Shown here: positions 49,712-61,712 of the stretch, in pieces
Position numbering within the stretch: the first letter of the stretch is position 1
How the letters are laid out: every line of letters starts with the position of its first letter
Source of the DNA: Candidatus Latescibacterota bacterium
Lineage (GTDB): Bacteria > Latescibacterota > UBA2968 > UBA8231
Direction: 5' to 3'
DNA: 64,000 bases
Assembly (NCBI GenBank): GCA_965204725.1
Contig: OZ242005.1
Span: 2,272,001-2,336,000 of the forward strand
The notes under the pieces: model-generated
The model's input: the letters and a program-made list of their open reading frames with translations, nothing else
The model's database searches: none
What the model was told of the DNA's origin: nothing
Program-made: the position numbers and the translations under genes

Positions 49712-50245
49712 TTAATCCCAAGCGCGGAGCGATTCCACCGGAACCCCGCGCTCCCGGGCGATCATCTCGGCACTACGCAGTTGCGTCAGTGCTTTGACGG
49801 TCGCCTTTACTGAATTTTGCACATTGTTGGAGCCGAGGGATTTGGTCAGAATATCGTGGATGCCGGCCAGTTCCAGCACGATGCGGGTGCCACCGCTGGC
49901 GATGATTCCGGTGCCCGGAGTCGCCGGCTTAAAAAGGAGTTTGACCGCGCCGAAGACGCCGACGACCTCATGCGGTATGGTTCCGGCGGTGACCGGGACC
50001 TCGACGACGTTCTTTTTGGCCGCCTCGGCCCCCTTGCGGATGGCCTCGGCGATCTCACCGGCCTTGCCCGAACCAAACCCCACTCGACCCTTGCGGTCCC
50101 CAACGACAACCATCGCGCTAAAGCTGAAACGCCGCCCCCCCTTGCGCACATGCGAAACTCGCTTGATGCTGTTTTGGACGACCGCTTCGCTCAGCTCTGC
50201 ATCGCTGGAATCGGATTTCGCTCTGCTCGTATCTGCTTTCGCCAC
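49712..50245 (-). CDS. rpsE: 30S ribosomal protein S5
   Basis: [36 protein letters not shown]. Confidence 0.96.
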   Translation of the reverse strand: MAKADTSRAKSDSSDAELSEAVVQNSIKRVSHVRKGGRRFSFSAMVVVGDRKGRVGFGSGKAGEIAEAIRKGAEAAKKNVVEVPVTAGTIPHEVVGVFGAVKLLFKPATPGTGIIASGGTRIVLELAGIHDILTKSLGSNNVQNSVKATVKALTQLRSAEMIARERGVPVESLRAWD

Positions 50246-50256
50246 GCCGTTCTCCC

Positions 50257-50631
50257 TTAGAAATTCAAGCCGGCTTCCCGCGCCCCATCGGCCACGGCTT
50301 TGATCACCCCGTGATAGAGCAGGCCGCCGCGGTCAAAAACGACCTGCTTAATGCCTTTTTCGCACGCCTTAGCAGCGATTATTTTGCCGACTTCGTGCCC
50401 TTGGGACACTCGATTGTCAAACTGCCGTTCCCTCAGTTCCCGACACTGGGTGGAAAGCCCTAAAAGGGAATGACCCGCCACATCGTCGACTAGCTGCACC
50501 TCGATATGGCGCAGGGAACGATGCACCACCATGCGAGGCCGCTCGGACGTACCCGAGACAATTTTGCGCAGTCGGTGCCGCCGCCGATGCCGCCGATGCC
50601 TTTTCCCGGCCAAGTGTTTTTTGTCTTTCAT
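50257..50631 (-). CDS. rplR: 50S ribosomal protein L18
   Basis: [32 protein letters not shown]. Confidence 0.96.
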   Translation of the reverse strand: MKDKKHLAGKRHRRHRRRHRLRKIVSGTSERPRMVVHRSLRHIEVQLVDDVAGHSLLGLSTQCRELRERQFDNRVSQGHEVGKIIAAKACEKGIKQVVFDRGGLLYHGVIKAVADGAREAGLNF

Positions 50632-51188
50632 TAGCCTACTGCCGCCTTGCCTTGTTTCCAGTGAATGACCTCGTTCTCATAGCGGACCCCCTTGCCCTTG
50701 TAGGGCTCCGGGCGGCGCTTGAAGCGAATATCGGCCGCCACTTGGCCCACGAGCTGCTTGTCGATGCCCCTGACGGCGATGCGGGCTTGTGCGCCTTGAG
50801 TGCCGTCGGACACTTCGACTTGGATGCCTTCGGGGACCTCGTAGATCACCGGATGCGAATAACCTACGTGGAGCACGAGTTGGCGGCCTTGGACCTCCGC
50901 TCGATACCCTACGCCAAACACATCCAAGTTCTTAAAAAAACCCTTGGAGACCCCCTCAACCGCATTCGCGATCAAGGTGCGGGTCAATCCGTGTAGGGAA
51001 CGAGCCTGTTTGCTCTCGCCTTTGCGCGTCACAATTAAGGCACTGTCTTGCTGGGCCACGGCGAGATGCTCGGCGACAAACGGCACCTGCAACTGGCCTT
51101 TTGGCCCTTTTACGGAGACCTCGGCAGGAGCCAACGCGACTTCGACGCCCTGCGGTAGGGAAAGGGGTTTGCTGCCTATGCGCGACAA
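50631..51188 (-). CDS. rplF: 50S ribosomal protein L6
   Basis: MSRIG, VKGPKG, GVGYRA, GYSHP, RPEPYKGKGVRY. Confidence 0.96.
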   Translation of the reverse strand: MSRIGSKPLSLPQGVEVALAPAEVSVKGPKGQLQVPFVAEHLAVAQQDSALIVTRKGESKQARSLHGLTRTLIANAVEGVSKGFFKNLDVFGVGYRAEVQGRQLVLHVGYSHPVIYEVPEGIQVEVSDGTQGAQARIAVRGIDKQLVGQVAADIRFKRRPEPYKGKGVRYENEVIHWKQGKAAVG

Positions 51189-51214
51189 TCTAACATTCTC
51201 CCAGTGGCTTTCAT

Positions 51215-51613
51215 TTACCAGACGCTACAGAGGATCTCGCCGCCTACGCCGTTTATCCTCGCTTCTTTATCGGTCATCACTCCCCTAGAGGTGGAGATGA
51301 TGGCGATGCCCAGCCCCCGGAGCACCCGCGGGATATTGGCTTTGCCCGCATATTGGCGCAACCCGGGCTTGCTGACGCGCTCTAGCCCGCGGATGATGCT
51401 GTTATCATGCTGATCGTAGCGCAGATAGAGCCGCAAAATGCCCTGCTTACCATCTTCGATAAAGGCGAAGTTGTCGATGAAGCGGGACTCGGCCAATACG
51501 CGCGCCACTTCTCGCTTCAGCTTTGAGGCGGGCACGTCGACCTTTGAGTGCTTGGCACTACAGGCGTTGCGAATGCGGGTCAACATGTCCGCGATGGGAT
51601 CCGTCATGCTCAT
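51215..51613 (-). CDS. rpsH: 30S ribosomal protein S8
   Basis: [35 protein letters not shown]. Confidence 0.97.
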   Translation of the reverse strand: MSMTDPIADMLTRIRNACSAKHSKVDVPASKLKREVARVLAESRFIDNFAFIEDGKQGILRLYLRYDQHDNSIIRGLERVSKPGLRQYAGKANIPRVLRGLGIAIISTSRGVMTDKEARINGVGGEILCSVW

Positions 51614-51631
51614 TATTGATTCTCCAACTCG

Positions 51632-51817
51632 CTACCAACTCGCCTTGCTAACGCCCGGAATCTCGCCCTTGAGGGCCAACTCGCGAAAACAAATGCGGCA
51701 CAGGCCGAACTTGCGATATACTGCACGCGGGCGTCCACAGCGGTGACAGCGAGTATAGGCTCGCGAGGAAAACTTGGGTTTGCGCTGCGCTTTGGCTATC
51801 AAGCATTTCTTTGGCAT
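51632..51817 (-). CDS. rpsN: 30S ribosomal protein S14 (61-aa zinc-binding type)
   Basis: RCHRCGRPR...GLCRICFRE...IPGVSKASW. Confidence 0.96.
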   Translation of the reverse strand: MPKKCLIAKAQRKPKFSSRAYTRCHRCGRPRAVYRKFGLCRICFRELALKGEIPGVSKASW

Positions 51818-51836
51818 TAGCGGGTTCTTTCTGGCC

Positions 51837-52382
51837 CTATTGACTGAAGGGCATGCCTAACAAACGGAGCAACTCTTGGCCTTCTTCGTCGCTTTTGGCT
51901 GAGGTGACAATGGTGATATTCATGCCCCGGACTTGGTCGATCATATCGTAGTTGATCTCGGGAAATATGATCTGTTCCTTGATGCCCAGATTGTAGTTCC
52001 CGCGTCCGTCGAAACTCTTGGGAGAAACGCCGCGAAAATCTCTCACCTGCGGCAAGGCGAAACTAATCAAGCGGTCGAGAAACTCGTACATGCGGGTGCC
52101 CCGCAAAGTGACCATGCAGCCGATGGGAACGCCGACGCGCAGTTTGAAGTTTGAGATCGCCTTCTTGGCTTGGCGGATGGCGGGCTTTTGGCCGGTGATC
52201 GCCGTCAACTCGGATACCGCGCCTTCGAGCACCTTGGGCTCTTGCACCGCCTCGCCAACGCCCATATTGACGACGACCTTTTGCAAGCGCGGCACCTGCA
52301 TGTCGTTCTCAAAGGCGAAGCGGGCCTTGAGTTGAGGCAACGCTTTTTCTCGATACTCTTTTTTTAGTCTGGCTTCGTACAT
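51837..52382 (-). CDS. rplE: 50S ribosomal protein L5
   Basis: [42 protein letters not shown]. Confidence 0.97.
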   Translation of the reverse strand: MYEARLKKEYREKALPQLKARFAFENDMQVPRLQKVVVNMGVGEAVQEPKVLEGAVSELTAITGQKPAIRQAKKAISNFKLRVGVPIGCMVTLRGTRMYEFLDRLISFALPQVRDFRGVSPKSFDGRGNYNLGIKEQIIFPEINYDMIDQVRGMNITIVTSAKSDEEGQELLRLLGMPFSQ

Positions 52383-52385
52383 GGC

Positions 52386-52703
52386 TTATTCTGGGTCGAT
52401 CATTTCGCCGCTGCGAACAGAGACTCGCACGTATTTGCCGTTGTCCAGCTTCTTGTGGCTGATGCGCGTCGGTTGGTCGGTCTTGGGGCAAACGATCATG
52501 ACATTGGAAACGTGAATGGGGGCCTCGCGCTCGACGATACCTCCTTGGGGATCGCGCGATGTCGGACGAGTGTGATGCTTGCGCATATTCACGCCTTCGA
52601 CGATGACTCGCCTCCGGTCTTTAAGCACGCTGAGGACGGTCGAGCGCCGACCTTTGTCGTTGCCGCTTATGACCTGCACTGTGTCGTTTTTGCGAATGTC
52701 CAT
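52386..52703 (-). CDS. rplX: 50S ribosomal protein L24
   Basis: DTVQVISG.DKG, VEGVN, GGIVEREAPIHVSNV. Confidence 0.96.
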   Translation of the reverse strand: MDIRKNDTVQVISGNDKGRRSTVLSVLKDRRRVIVEGVNMRKHHTRPTSRDPQGGIVEREAPIHVSNVMIVCPKTDQPTRISHKKLDNGKYVRVSVRSGEMIDPE

Positions 52704-52714
52704 TATGCTCTTCC

Positions 52715-53083
52715 TCAGACCACCTCGGGTGCCAACGAGACAATGCGCATGTATTGCTTTTCGCGCAGCTCGCGGGCCACAGGCCCAAATATGCGAGTAC
52801 CCGTGGGCTCCTTGTCGTCGTTGACCAATACAGCGGCGTTGTCGTCAAAGCGGATATAAGAGCCATCGGGACGGCGATATTCCTTCTTGGTCCGCACAAC
52901 TACGGCCTTGACGACTTGCCCTTCCTCTAAAGGCCCGTTCGGCACTACGCCGTGGACAGCGACTACGATCAGGTCGCCAATGCTGGCATAGCGCTTGCGG
53001 GAGCCGCCCAGTACGCGAATGCAGCGGCCGGTGCGGGCCCCGGCGTTATCCGCCATTTTGACTACGCTGTATTCCCGAATCAT
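52715..53083 (-). CDS. rplN: 50S ribosomal protein L14
   Basis: [43 protein letters not shown]. Confidence 0.97.
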   Translation of the reverse strand: MIREYSVVKMADNAGARTGRCIRVLGGSRKRYASIGDLIVVAVHGVVPNGPLEEGQVVKAVVVRTKKEYRRPDGSYIRFDDNAAVLVNDDKEPTGTRIFGPVARELREKQYMRIVSLAPEVV

Positions 53084-53110
53084 TTTGTTCCTGCAAGCTC
53101 AATTTTTGAT

Positions 53111-53368
53111 TTACGGCCGCTCTAATACATCGACGAGCCGCCAACGCTTGGTTTTGCTCATGGGCCGGCATTCCTCAATGCGCACGAGATCGCCAACTTG
53201 CGACTCTTCCCGCTCGTCGTGGGCCACAAACTTGGCAGTGCGGCGGATGACCCGGCCGTACAGGGCATGCGGAATGCGCTGTTCAACCGCCACAATCCGC
53301 GTCTTGATGTTACTGGCCTTGAGCACTCGACCTTCAGCCTGACGCCGGCCTCTCTTTTGTTTAGCCAT
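53111..53368 (-). CDS. rpsQ: 30S ribosomal protein S17
   Basis: AHDE...VGDLVRIEECRPMSKTKRWRLV. Confidence 0.95.
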   Translation of the reverse strand: MAKQKRGRRQAEGRVLKASNIKTRIVAVEQRIPHALYGRVIRRTAKFVAHDEREESQVGDLVRIEECRPMSKTKRWRLVDVLERP

Positions 53369-53375
53369 TTCCCAC

Positions 53376-53591
53376 CTATTTCCCACCGGCCAAGGGGCGG
53401 ATTCCGAGCGTGTGCTCTTTGAGCACGGTGTGTGCCTTGGCAATATCGCGCCGCACCTGTCGCAACCGAATGGGACTCGTCAACTGGCCGGCTACGTGCT
53501 GAAAACGCAGGTTGAAGAATTCCTCATGCAACTCTTCCAACCTGTTTTGCACTTCCTCTAAACTCAACTCGCGCAATTCGCTGACCTTCAT
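53376..53591 (-). CDS. rpmC: 50S ribosomal protein L29
   Basis: MKVSELREL...FNLRFQ...GQL...VRRDIAK..T. Confidence 0.94.
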   Translation of the reverse strand: MKVSELRELSLEEVQNRLEELHEEFFNLRFQHVAGQLTSPIRLRQVRRDIAKAHTVLKEHTLGIRPLAGGK

Positions 53592-53595
53592 AGCC

Positions 53596-54006
53596 TCACG
53601 TAACTCGTTTGACGACCTTGGTCTTGATGGGCAGTTTGTGGCCAGCGCGGCGAAATGCCTCGCGGGCCATGGCTTCGGGCACCCCGGAAAGCTCAAACAT
53701 CACCCGCCCGGGTTTGACGACCGCAACCCATCCCTCGGGCGATCCCTTGCCTTTGCCCATGCGGGTTTCGGCCGGTTTCTTGGTGATCGGTTTGTCGGGA
53801 AAAATGCGGATCCACATCTTGCCCGTGCGGCTCATCGCCCGACTGATCGTCACGCGCACAGCCTCGATTTGGCGGCTGGTAACCCAACAAGGTTCGAGGG
53901 CTTTAAGGCCATATTCGCCGAAGGAGACCATGTCCCCGCCTTTGGTCTGGCCGCGCATGCGCCCCCGCGCTTGCTTCCTCCACTTGGATTTCTTGGGCAT
54001 TAACAT
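53596..54006 (-). CDS. rplP: 50S ribosomal protein L16
   Basis: [34 protein letters not shown]. Confidence 0.97.
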   Translation of the reverse strand: MLMPKKSKWRKQARGRMRGQTKGGDMVSFGEYGLKALEPCWVTSRQIEAVRVTISRAMSRTGKMWIRIFPDKPITKKPAETRMGKGKGSPEGWVAVVKPGRVMFELSGVPEAMAREAFRRAGHKLPIKTKVVKRVT

Positions 54007-54025
54007 AGAGAGCGTCTCGCTGTAA

Positions 54026-54679
54026 TTAGACCGTCCGCACGGCCCCTTCTTCGGCCACGACTTCGCCGTGACAAATCCAAACCTTTACGCCCACAGTCCC
54101 CGATACGGTATAAGCCGTCGCCATGGCGTAGTCGATATCGGCGCGTAGCGTGTGCAAGGGGACCCGACCGGCTGGCTCGGAACGCTCGCGCCGTCCCATT
54201 TCCGAACCACCGATGCGCCCGGAACAGACGATGCGGATGCCTTCGGCCCCCATGCGCATCGACGAGGCGACAGATTTTTTCATGGCCCGGCGGAAAGAAA
54301 CGCGCTGCTCCAACTGGCGGGCAAGGTTGTCGGCCACTAGCTGAGCATCCAGTTCGGGCTTCTTGATCTCTTGGATATTGAGCGAGACATCCTTGCTGGT
54401 CAGTGCCTTGAGCTCGTCGCGAATTTTATCGACTTCGGCCCCCCGGCGCCCAATGGCAATACCGGGACGAGCGGTATGCACTTCAACGGTAACCCGCTTG
54501 GGCTGGCGCTCAATGTTGATCTGGGACACACCGGCTCGCTGTAGGCGCTGGCGCACGTAGCGCCGGAGCATGAGGTCTTCCTTGAGTAACTCGGAAAAAT
54601 CCTTTTCGGCGAACCAATTTGAACGCCAAGGCTTGATGACCCCGAGGCGGAAGCCGTATGGATGTGTTTTTTGGCCCAA
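54026..54679 (-). CDS. rpsC: 30S ribosomal protein S3
   Basis: TTG start [41 protein letters not shown]. Confidence 0.96.
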   Translation of the reverse strand: MGQKTHPYGFRLGVIKPWRSNWFAEKDFSELLKEDLMLRRYVRQRLQRAGVSQINIERQPKRVTVEVHTARPGIAIGRRGAEVDKIRDELKALTSKDVSLNIQEIKKPELDAQLVADNLARQLEQRVSFRRAMKKSVASSMRMGAEGIRIVCSGRIGGSEMGRRERSEPAGRVPLHTLRADIDYAMATAYTVSGTVGVKVWICHGEVVAEEGAVRTV

Positions 54680-54689
54680 GGAGCCCCCC

Positions 54690-55037
54690 TTAGTTGGCCT
54701 GGTCGCTGACGACGACCGTGAGATTGCAGTGGCGCTTGCGAATGCGATCGGCCGAGCCGCGGGCCCGCGGACGAATGCGCTTGAGATCGCGTCCTTCGTC
54801 GGCGAAGACACGCGTTACGTAGAGATCATCGGCGTCAACCGGATTTTCTTCATCCTGATTTATCCCATTGGCTATGGCCGAACGCAGGGTCTTTTCGACC
54901 AGCTTGGCCACGGGCCGAGGCGAAAACCGAAGAATGGTAAGGGCCTCGGCGACGGGCTTGCCGCGAATCAGGTCGATGAGCTGACGCACTTTAGTCGCCG
55001 GTACGCCGATTTGTTTGAGTACGGCTTGGGCTTCCAT
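54690..55037 (-). CDS. rplV: 50S ribosomal protein L22
   Basis: [31 protein letters not shown]. Confidence 0.96.
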   Translation of the reverse strand: MEAQAVLKQIGVPATKVRQLIDLIRGKPVAEALTILRFSPRPVAKLVEKTLRSAIANGINQDEENPVDADDLYVTRVFADEGRDLKRIRPRARGSADRIRKRHCNLTVVVSDQAN

Positions 55038-55038
55038 G

Positions 55039-55326
55039 CTATTGCACTCTCGTGCCGCGCTCGGTCAACCGGCCCCCATGGCCGCGAAAGGTGCGGGTTG
55101 GAGCGAACTCGCCGAGCTTGTGCCCGACCATGTTCTCTGTGATGTACACCGGAATGAACTTATTGCCGTTGTAAACAGCGAGTGTATGGCCAACGAAGTC
55201 GGGCGTAATGGTTGATCGCCGCGACCAAGTCCGTACGACCTGTTTGTCACCCGTGCGATTGAGGTGCTCAATTTTTTTTGTTAAATGCCCATCGATAAAA
55301 GGGCCTTTTTTAATCGATCGTGCCAT
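55039..55326 (-). CDS. rpsS: 30S ribosomal protein S19
   Basis: [37 protein letters not shown]. Confidence 0.97.
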   Translation of the reverse strand: MARSIKKGPFIDGHLTKKIEHLNRTGDKQVVRTWSRRSTITPDFVGHTLAVYNGNKFIPVYITENMVGHKLGEFAPTRTFRGHGGRLTERGTRVQ

Positions 55327-55335
55327 AATCCCTCG

Positions 55336-56169
55336 CTACTTCGCGTTGCGCCGGCGTATGATCCACTGATTGCTTTGGTTTTTGCGCTTGCGCGTCTTGT
55401 ACCCCTTAGTCGGCTTGCCCCAAGGGGTGACCGGGTGCCGTCCACCCGAAGACCGGCCCTCGCCGCCCCCATGCGGGTGGTCGACCGGATTCATCACTAC
55501 GCCCCGCACCTTGGGTCTGTGCCCCAACCAACGAGCGCGACCCGCCTTGCCAATGACAATGTTGGCATGTTCTATATTGCCCACCTGCCCCAAGGTCGCC
55601 ATGCACTGGACGGGTACTTCGCGATTTTCCCCGGAAGGCAGGCGCAACTGCGCCCGACCACCATCGCGACCGAGAAGCTGTACTTCCGCTCCCGCGCTGC
55701 GTGCTAGCTGACCGCCGCGACCGGGATTGAGCTCGACATTGTGAATCGTCGCTCCCAAGGGAATGTTGGCCAACGGCAGGGCATTACCGACTTGGATTGG
55801 GGCATTGGGACCGGCGGCGATCTCGGCCCCGACTTTCAGGCCCAAAGGCGCGAGAATATAGCGCTTGTCGCCGTCGGCATAGACGACAAGAGCAATAAAT
55901 GCCGAGCGATTGGGATCGTATTCGATGGCGGCGACTCGGCCCGGGACACCGATCTTGGCCCGCTTGAAGTCGATGACGCGATAGCGCCGCTTGTGCCCCC
56001 CTCCGCGCCGACGCATGGTCAGACGCCCCTGATTGTTGCGTCCTCCCGACTTGCCAACGGCAGATGCGAGCAAGGACTTCTCGGGCTTGCTGCGCGTTAG
56101 GTCCGCAAAGGAGTTGACCGTCTTGTAGCGCAGCGTCGGGGTTGTGGGGCGGAATTTTTTAACGGCCAT
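55336..56169 (-). CDS. rplB: 50S ribosomal protein L2
   Basis: [37 protein letters not shown]. Confidence 0.98.
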   Translation of the reverse strand: MAVKKFRPTTPTLRYKTVNSFADLTRSKPEKSLLASAVGKSGGRNNQGRLTMRRRGGGHKRRYRVIDFKRAKIGVPGRVAAIEYDPNRSAFIALVVYADGDKRYILAPLGLKVGAEIAAGPNAPIQVGNALPLANIPLGATIHNVELNPGRGGQLARSAGAEVQLLGRDGGRAQLRLPSGENREVPVQCMATLGQVGNIEHANIVIGKAGRARWLGHRPKVRGVVMNPVDHPHGGGEGRSSGGRHPVTPWGKPTKGYKTRKRKNQSNQWIIRRRNAK

Positions 56170-56185
56170 CTCGAGAGCAACTTAG

Positions 56186-56470
56186 CTAGATGTTTTCTGC
56201 AAATTCAATGGAGTCGCCGGCTTGGAGTGTCACATAGGCCTTTTTCCAACCGGCACGCCGTCCCAAGTACATCCCTTGCCGCTTGGGCTTGCTGGGGACC
56301 TTGATGGTGCGAACGGATTCGACCTTGACTGAAAAAATGGATTCTACGGCCTGGCGGATCTGGAGTTTGTTGGCCTTGGGATGGACGCGAAAGGCGTATT
56401 TGTTGCCCTCGCGCAACATAGAGGCTTTTTCGGTGATCACCGGCTCCTGAATAATCGCTCGTGGGTTCAT
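56186..56470 (-). CDS. rplW: 50S ribosomal protein L23
   Basis: PVITEKA, ANK.QI..AVE.IF.VKV, WKKAYVTL. Confidence 0.96.
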   Translation of the reverse strand: MNPRAIIQEPVITEKASMLREGNKYAFRVHPKANKLQIRQAVESIFSVKVESVRTIKVPSKPKRQGMYLGRRAGWKKAYVTLQAGDSIEFAENI

Positions 56471-56473
56471 TTT

Positions 56474-57112
56474 TTAACCCCTTTGGCCGCACTTTTCTAC
56501 GAGCCGGTCAAAGGCTTGGCGAGCAAATAAAACCACATCTGTTGCCAGCAAGTCGTAGGTAGATAGCGACCCGAGATGGGTAGTTTTCACCTTGGGCAGA
56601 TTACGGCTCGATTTGAGCAACACCGGCGAGCTATCCACAGTGACAAACAGAACTTTCTGGCCTTCGAGACCGCATGCTTCGATGACCTTCTGAAAGGAAC
56701 GGGTACTAGGAGCGGGAAAGTTGAAATCGGTGACGACCTTGATCTGCCCTTCTGTACCTTTGACTGTGAGTGCCGAGCGGAATGCCAAACGCTTGAGGGA
56801 TTTGGGCAGCTTGGAAGCATAGGAGCGGGGGTGGGGCCCAAAGGCCACGCCGCCCCCACGCACCAACGGTGAGCGCAACGAACCCCGACGCGCCCAACCC
56901 GTGCCTTTCTGGCGATGGTGCTTCTTACCTGTGCGGGCTATTTCAGACCGGGTCTTGGCCGAGGCCGTCCCCTGCCGCTGATTCGCTTGGTTGGCGACGA
57001 TCGCTCGGTAGAGAGCGTATTCCGAAACCTCAATGCCGAACAAATCCTCGGGCAATTCCACAGAGCCATCGGCTTGTCCTGCGCTGTTTAGCACCTCTAC
57101 CTGCACACCCAT
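56474..57112 (-). CDS. rplD: 50S ribosomal protein L4
   Basis: RQGTASAKTRSE, RQKGTG.ARRGS.RSP..RGGGVAFGP.PR, SSRNLP. Confidence 0.96.
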   Translation of the reverse strand: MGVQVEVLNSAGQADGSVELPEDLFGIEVSEYALYRAIVANQANQRQGTASAKTRSEIARTGKKHHRQKGTGWARRGSLRSPLVRGGGVAFGPHPRSYASKLPKSLKRLAFRSALTVKGTEGQIKVVTDFNFPAPSTRSFQKVIEACGLEGQKVLFVTVDSSPVLLKSSRNLPKVKTTHLGSLSTYDLLATDVVLFARQAFDRLVEKCGQRG

Positions 57113-57119
57113 CGTCCAA

Positions 57120-57428
57120 TCAAACCTTTATGTCAATGCCGATGCCCGCAGGCAGATCGAGCTTCATCAGAGCATCCACGGTCTGCGGCGTCGAATCATA
57201 AATGTCGATGAGGCGCTTGTGGATGCGCGTCTCAAACTGCTCGCGCGATTTCTTGTCCACATGTGGGGATCGCAGCACGGTATATATAGTACGAGCCGTC
57301 GGCAGCGGCACCGGGCCAGCGATGCGCGCCCCGCTCCGCTTGACCGTCTGGACTATCTCGTCCACAGACTTATCCAAAGCTATATGATCGTAGGCTTTGA
57401 GACGAATGCGTATTCTGTCAACTGCCAC
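57120..57428 (-). CDS. rpsJ: 30S ribosomal protein S10
   Basis: GTG start; [41 protein letters not shown]. Confidence 0.97.
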   Translation of the reverse strand: MAVDRIRIRLKAYDHIALDKSVDEIVQTVKRSGARIAGPVPLPTARTIYTVLRSPHVDKKSREQFETRIHKRLIDIYDSTPQTVDALMKLDLPAGIGIDIKV

Positions 57429-57456
57429 TGGCTCGTATCCCCCTAACGCGGTGGCC

Positions 57457-58647
57457 CTACTCGGAGACCTCGGTGACGACACCGGAGCCGATGGTCCGAC
57501 CGCCCTCGCGAATGGCAAAGCGCAACTGCGGCTCAATGGCTATAGGCTGGATTAGCTCTACTTCCATGTTGACGTTGTCGCCCGGCATGACCATCTCTGT
57601 GCCCTCAGGCAGAGCAATGGTCCCGGTGACGTCGGTGGTGCGAAAGAAAAACTGGGGCCGATAGCCAGAGAAAAAGGGCTTTTCGCGCCCTCCCTCCTTG
57701 GGGGTCAACACCACGACCTCGGCCCTAAACTTGGTGTGCGGCTGAACAGAAGCAGGCTTGCAGACGACCATTCCGCGCATGAGTTCAGCTTTCTCGACGC
57801 CGCGGAGCAGAAGGCCGACGTTGTCGCCCGCCTCGCCCTCGTTGAGCAGCTTGCGGAACATCTCGACGCCGGTGACTGTGGTCTTGCGCGTCTCCTTGAT
57901 GCCGACGATATCCACCTCTTCGCCGACCTTGATTCGACCGCGCTCGACGCGACCCGTGCCAACCGTGCCGCGTCCTTGGATCGTAAACACATCTTCGACC
58001 GGCATCAAGAAAGGCTGGTCGACATCGCGCACCGGGTCGGGAATGAACTCGTCAACCGCATTCATCAATTCGTCGATCGACTGAGTGCCAGTCGGCGAGT
58101 CCGTCCCTTCGAGTGCCTCAAGGGCCGAACCGCGGATCATCGGGGTATCGTCGCCATCAAAACCGTACTCGGATAGCAACTCGCGCGTCTCCAACTCGAC
58201 CAAGTCCAAAAGTTCTTCGTCATCTACTTGATCAACCTTGTTGAGATAGACGACAATGCTGGGCACGTTGACTTGGCGGGCCAATAGAATGTGTTCGCGG
58301 GTCTGGATCATCGGCCCGTCAGCAGCACTGACGACCAAAATCGAACCATCCATCTGGGCGGCACCGGTAATCATATTTTTGATGTAGTCGGCATGACCGG
58401 GGCAGTCAACGTGTGCATAGTGACGCTTATCGGTCTCGTACTCCTGATGGGACACATTGATCGTCACCCCGCGCGCCTTTTCTTCCGGGGCATTGTCGAT
58501 TTCATCGACGCCCTTAGCCTCGGCCAAACCCTTGTTGGCCAAGTGTAAGGTGATAGCCGCCGTCAAGGTGGTTTTGCCATGGTCGACGTGACCAATGGTG
58601 CCGATATTGACGTGCGGTTTATTGCGCTGAAACTGTTCCTTAGCCAT
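57457..58647 (-). CDS. tuf: Elongation factor Tu
   Basis: [42 protein letters not shown]. Confidence 0.98.
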   Translation of the reverse strand: MAKEQFQRNKPHVNIGTIGHVDHGKTTLTAAITLHLANKGLAEAKGVDEIDNAPEEKARGVTINVSHQEYETDKRHYAHVDCPGHADYIKNMITGAAQMDGSILVVSAADGPMIQTREHILLARQVNVPSIVVYLNKVDQVDDEELLDLVELETRELLSEYGFDGDDTPMIRGSALEALEGTDSPTGTQSIDELMNAVDEFIPDPVRDVDQPFLMPVEDVFTIQGRGTVGTGRVERGRIKVGEEVDIVGIKETRKTTVTGVEMFRKLLNEGEAGDNVGLLLRGVEKAELMRGMVVCKPASVQPHTKFRAEVVVLTPKEGGREKPFFSGYRPQFFFRTTDVTGTIALPEGTEMVMPGDNVNMEVELIQPIAIEPQLRFAIREGGRTIGSGVVTEVSE

Positions 58648-58695
58648 TTCCTTAATCCTCTCCTTTCCTTAGTCCGTAGGAAGGCGGTTACAACT

Positions 58696-60773
58696 TTAAC
58701 CTCGAGTGCTATCGACGATTTCTTCGGTGATGTGCCTTGGGACGGCTTTGTATTTGGAGAACTGCATGGTAAAAAGTGCCCGTCCTTGGGTCAATGAACG
58801 CAGACGAGTGGCATAGCCAAAAGTCTCGCTCAGCGGCACGAAGGCTTTGACGACTTGGGCATCGGAACGGGGGTTGATGCCTTGGATCTCGCCACGGTGC
58901 GAATTGAGATCGCCCATTACGTCGCCTAGATATTGCTCGGGGACGACGACCTCCAACTCCATAATCGGCTCCATGAGATAGGGCGCCGCTTTTAGGGCAC
59001 CGCCTTTGAATGCCATAGAACCGGCAACCTTAAACGCGACTTCCGATGAGTCGACTTCGTGATGCGACCCATCTACCAGCGCGACTTTAACATCTTCGAT
59101 CGGATAACCGGCAACCGGGCCGCTGGTCATCGCTTCAATGATGCCCTCGCGCACTGGATTGATGTATTCCTTGGGGATGTTGCCGCCGATAATTTTCGAC
59201 TCAAAGACCAGCCCACTGCCAGGCTCGCCGGGCTCGATCTCCAACTCAACGTGCCCGTACTGGCCGCGGCCTCCGGTCTGTCGCACGAACCGACCCGAGC
59301 TCTCAACAGCCTTGCCCAGGCCTTCTTTGTAGGCCACTTGGGGCTTGCCGACATTGGCCTCAACCTTGAACTCGCGGAACAGCCGGTCAATGAGTATCTC
59401 TAGGTGTAGTTCACCCATGCCCGACATGATCGTCTGGCCTGTTTCGTCGTCGAGCTTGACCTGAAAGGTCGGATCTTCCTCACTGAGCTTGGACAGGGCA
59501 ATGTATAGCTGCTCTTGATCCGCCCGCGTCTTTGGCTCAATTGCCACATGGATCACCGGCTCGGCAAATTCGATCTTTTCCAAGACGATGGGGTGCTCAT
59601 CATCGCAAAGCGTATCGCCAGTAGTTGTGTTTTTGAGGCCAACCACAGCGACTATATCGCCAGCATAGGCACGAGATAGCTCGGTGCGATCGTTGGCGTG
59701 CATCTCCAGCAAGCGCGCAGTTCGCTCGCGGCGCTCCGTAGTCACATTGTAGAGATAAGTCCCCGAGCTTAGCACACCTGAATAGACGCGAACAAAAGTG
59801 AGACGCCCGACAAAAGGATCCGTCATAACCTTAAAGGCCAACCCGGAAAAAGGCGCGTCGTCGCGGGCGGGCGCACCGCTTCTGCGCTGGAATGGGGCAG
59901 CATGCCCTTGACTTGGCCGATGTCGGCTGGGGACGGAAGATAGTGCAGCACGGCGTCGAGCAAGCGCTGGACGCCTTTGTATTTGTACGCACTGCCACAC
60001 GTTACCGGCACGGCCTTCAGCGCGATGGTGGCTTGGCGCAACGCAGCTCGGATCTCGTCGGGATGAATTTCCTCCCCTTCTAGAAATTTTTCGAGCAGCC
60101 CATCGTCAAATTCGGCCACCGACTCGAGCAGCTTTTCGCGGTGTTGCAAGGCACTCTCCAGCAAGTCTGCGGGGATATCGTCCTCAAAAAACTTGACGCC
60201 CTGACTGGCCTCTTCGTAGGTAATGGCCTTCATCTCGACCAAGTCTATCAAGCCGTTGAAGGTCTCTCCAACGCCGATGGGCAACTGGACGGGCACAAAA
60301 TTGCTGTTCAATCGCTCTTGGAGCATGCTAAGGACCTGAAAAAAATCAGCCCCATTGCGATCCATCTTATTGACAAAAGCAATGCGCGGAACTTCGTATT
60401 TGTCGGCTTGGCGCCAGACGGTTTCGGACTGAGGTTCAACTCCGCCGACCGCACAGAAGACGCCTATGGCCCCGTCAAGGACGCGCAGCGAACGCTCAAC
60501 CTCGGCCGTAAAATCTACGTGCCCGGGCGTGTCGATGATATTGATGCGGTGATCTTTCCACTCGCAAGCGGTAGCTGCAGAGGTAATAGTAATTCCTCGC
60601 TCGCGCTCTTGCTCCATCCAATCCATCGTCGCCGTGCCCTCGTGGACCTCTCCCATGCGATGAACGCGACCCGTGTAGTAGAGGATTCGCTCGGTCGTAG
60701 TGGTCTTGCCGGCGTCAATGTGAGCCGCAATCCCGATGTTGCGCGTGTCTTGTTGGGCAAACTGTCGTACCAT
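58696..60773 (-). CDS. fusA: Elongation factor G, split by a 1-nt frameshift near 59868
   Basis: ORF 59823..60773 holds the G domain ([21 protein letters not shown]). ORF 58696..60000 holds domains II-V ([38 protein letters not shown]). The frames join with one missing base. Confidence 0.93.
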
Positions 60774-60789
60774 TTCGCCTGAGATCTCC

Positions 60790-61260
60790 CTAAAATCTGT
60801 AGTGGGCGAAGGCCTTGTTTGCCTCGGCCATGCGGTGGACGTCTTCCTTCATGCGTACAGCCCCACCTTCCCCCCTTGAGGCAGCGATAAACTCGTTGGC
60901 CAACCGCTCAGCCATGGTGCGCTCAGAGCGCTCGCGGGCAAAGCGAATCAACCAGCGAATCGAACGCGCCGTGCGCTCGTCTGGTCGCATTTCGACCGGA
61001 ACCTGATACGTTTGGCCACCGACTCGACGCGATTTTACCATAACGATGGGCTTGGCATTTTCCAGTGCCTTCTGAAATACATCAATCCCGTCTTGGCCAC
61101 TGCGATCGGCAGCCAAGTCAATCGAGTCGTAGAATATGCGCTCGGCCACGCTCTTTTTGCCTTGTTTCATCAGCGAATTTACAAACCTCGCCGCCAAGAC
61201 ATTGTGGAATTTCGGGTCTGGCAGCAGCTTGCGTTTGATTGCTTTTTTACGACGCGACAT
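60790..61260 (-). CDS. rpsG: 30S ribosomal protein S7
   Basis: [36 protein letters not shown]. Confidence 0.97.
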   Translation of the reverse strand: MSRRKKAIKRKLLPDPKFHNVLAARFVNSLMKQGKKSVAERIFYDSIDLAADRSGQDGIDVFQKALENAKPIVMVKSRRVGGQTYQVPVEMRPDERTARSIRWLIRFARERSERTMAERLANEFIAASRGEGGAVRMKEDVHRMAEANKAFAHYRF

Positions 61261-61269
61261 TGCTTATAC

Positions 61270-61641
<372 letters not shown>

Positions 61642-61681
61642 ACGTTGTTGCTCCTCATTCCGTAATAAATAGCAAACTTAC

Positions 61682-61710
61682 AATGTAAATACAAATGGTA
61701 TAACTGTCAA
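61682..61710 (-). promoter_or_regulatory. Sigma70 promoter of the str (rpsL) operon
   Basis: Minus strand TTGACA-17 nt-TACATT in an AT-rich gap, followed by RBS GAGGAG upstream of rpsL. Confidence 0.78.
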
Positions 61711-61712
61711 TA

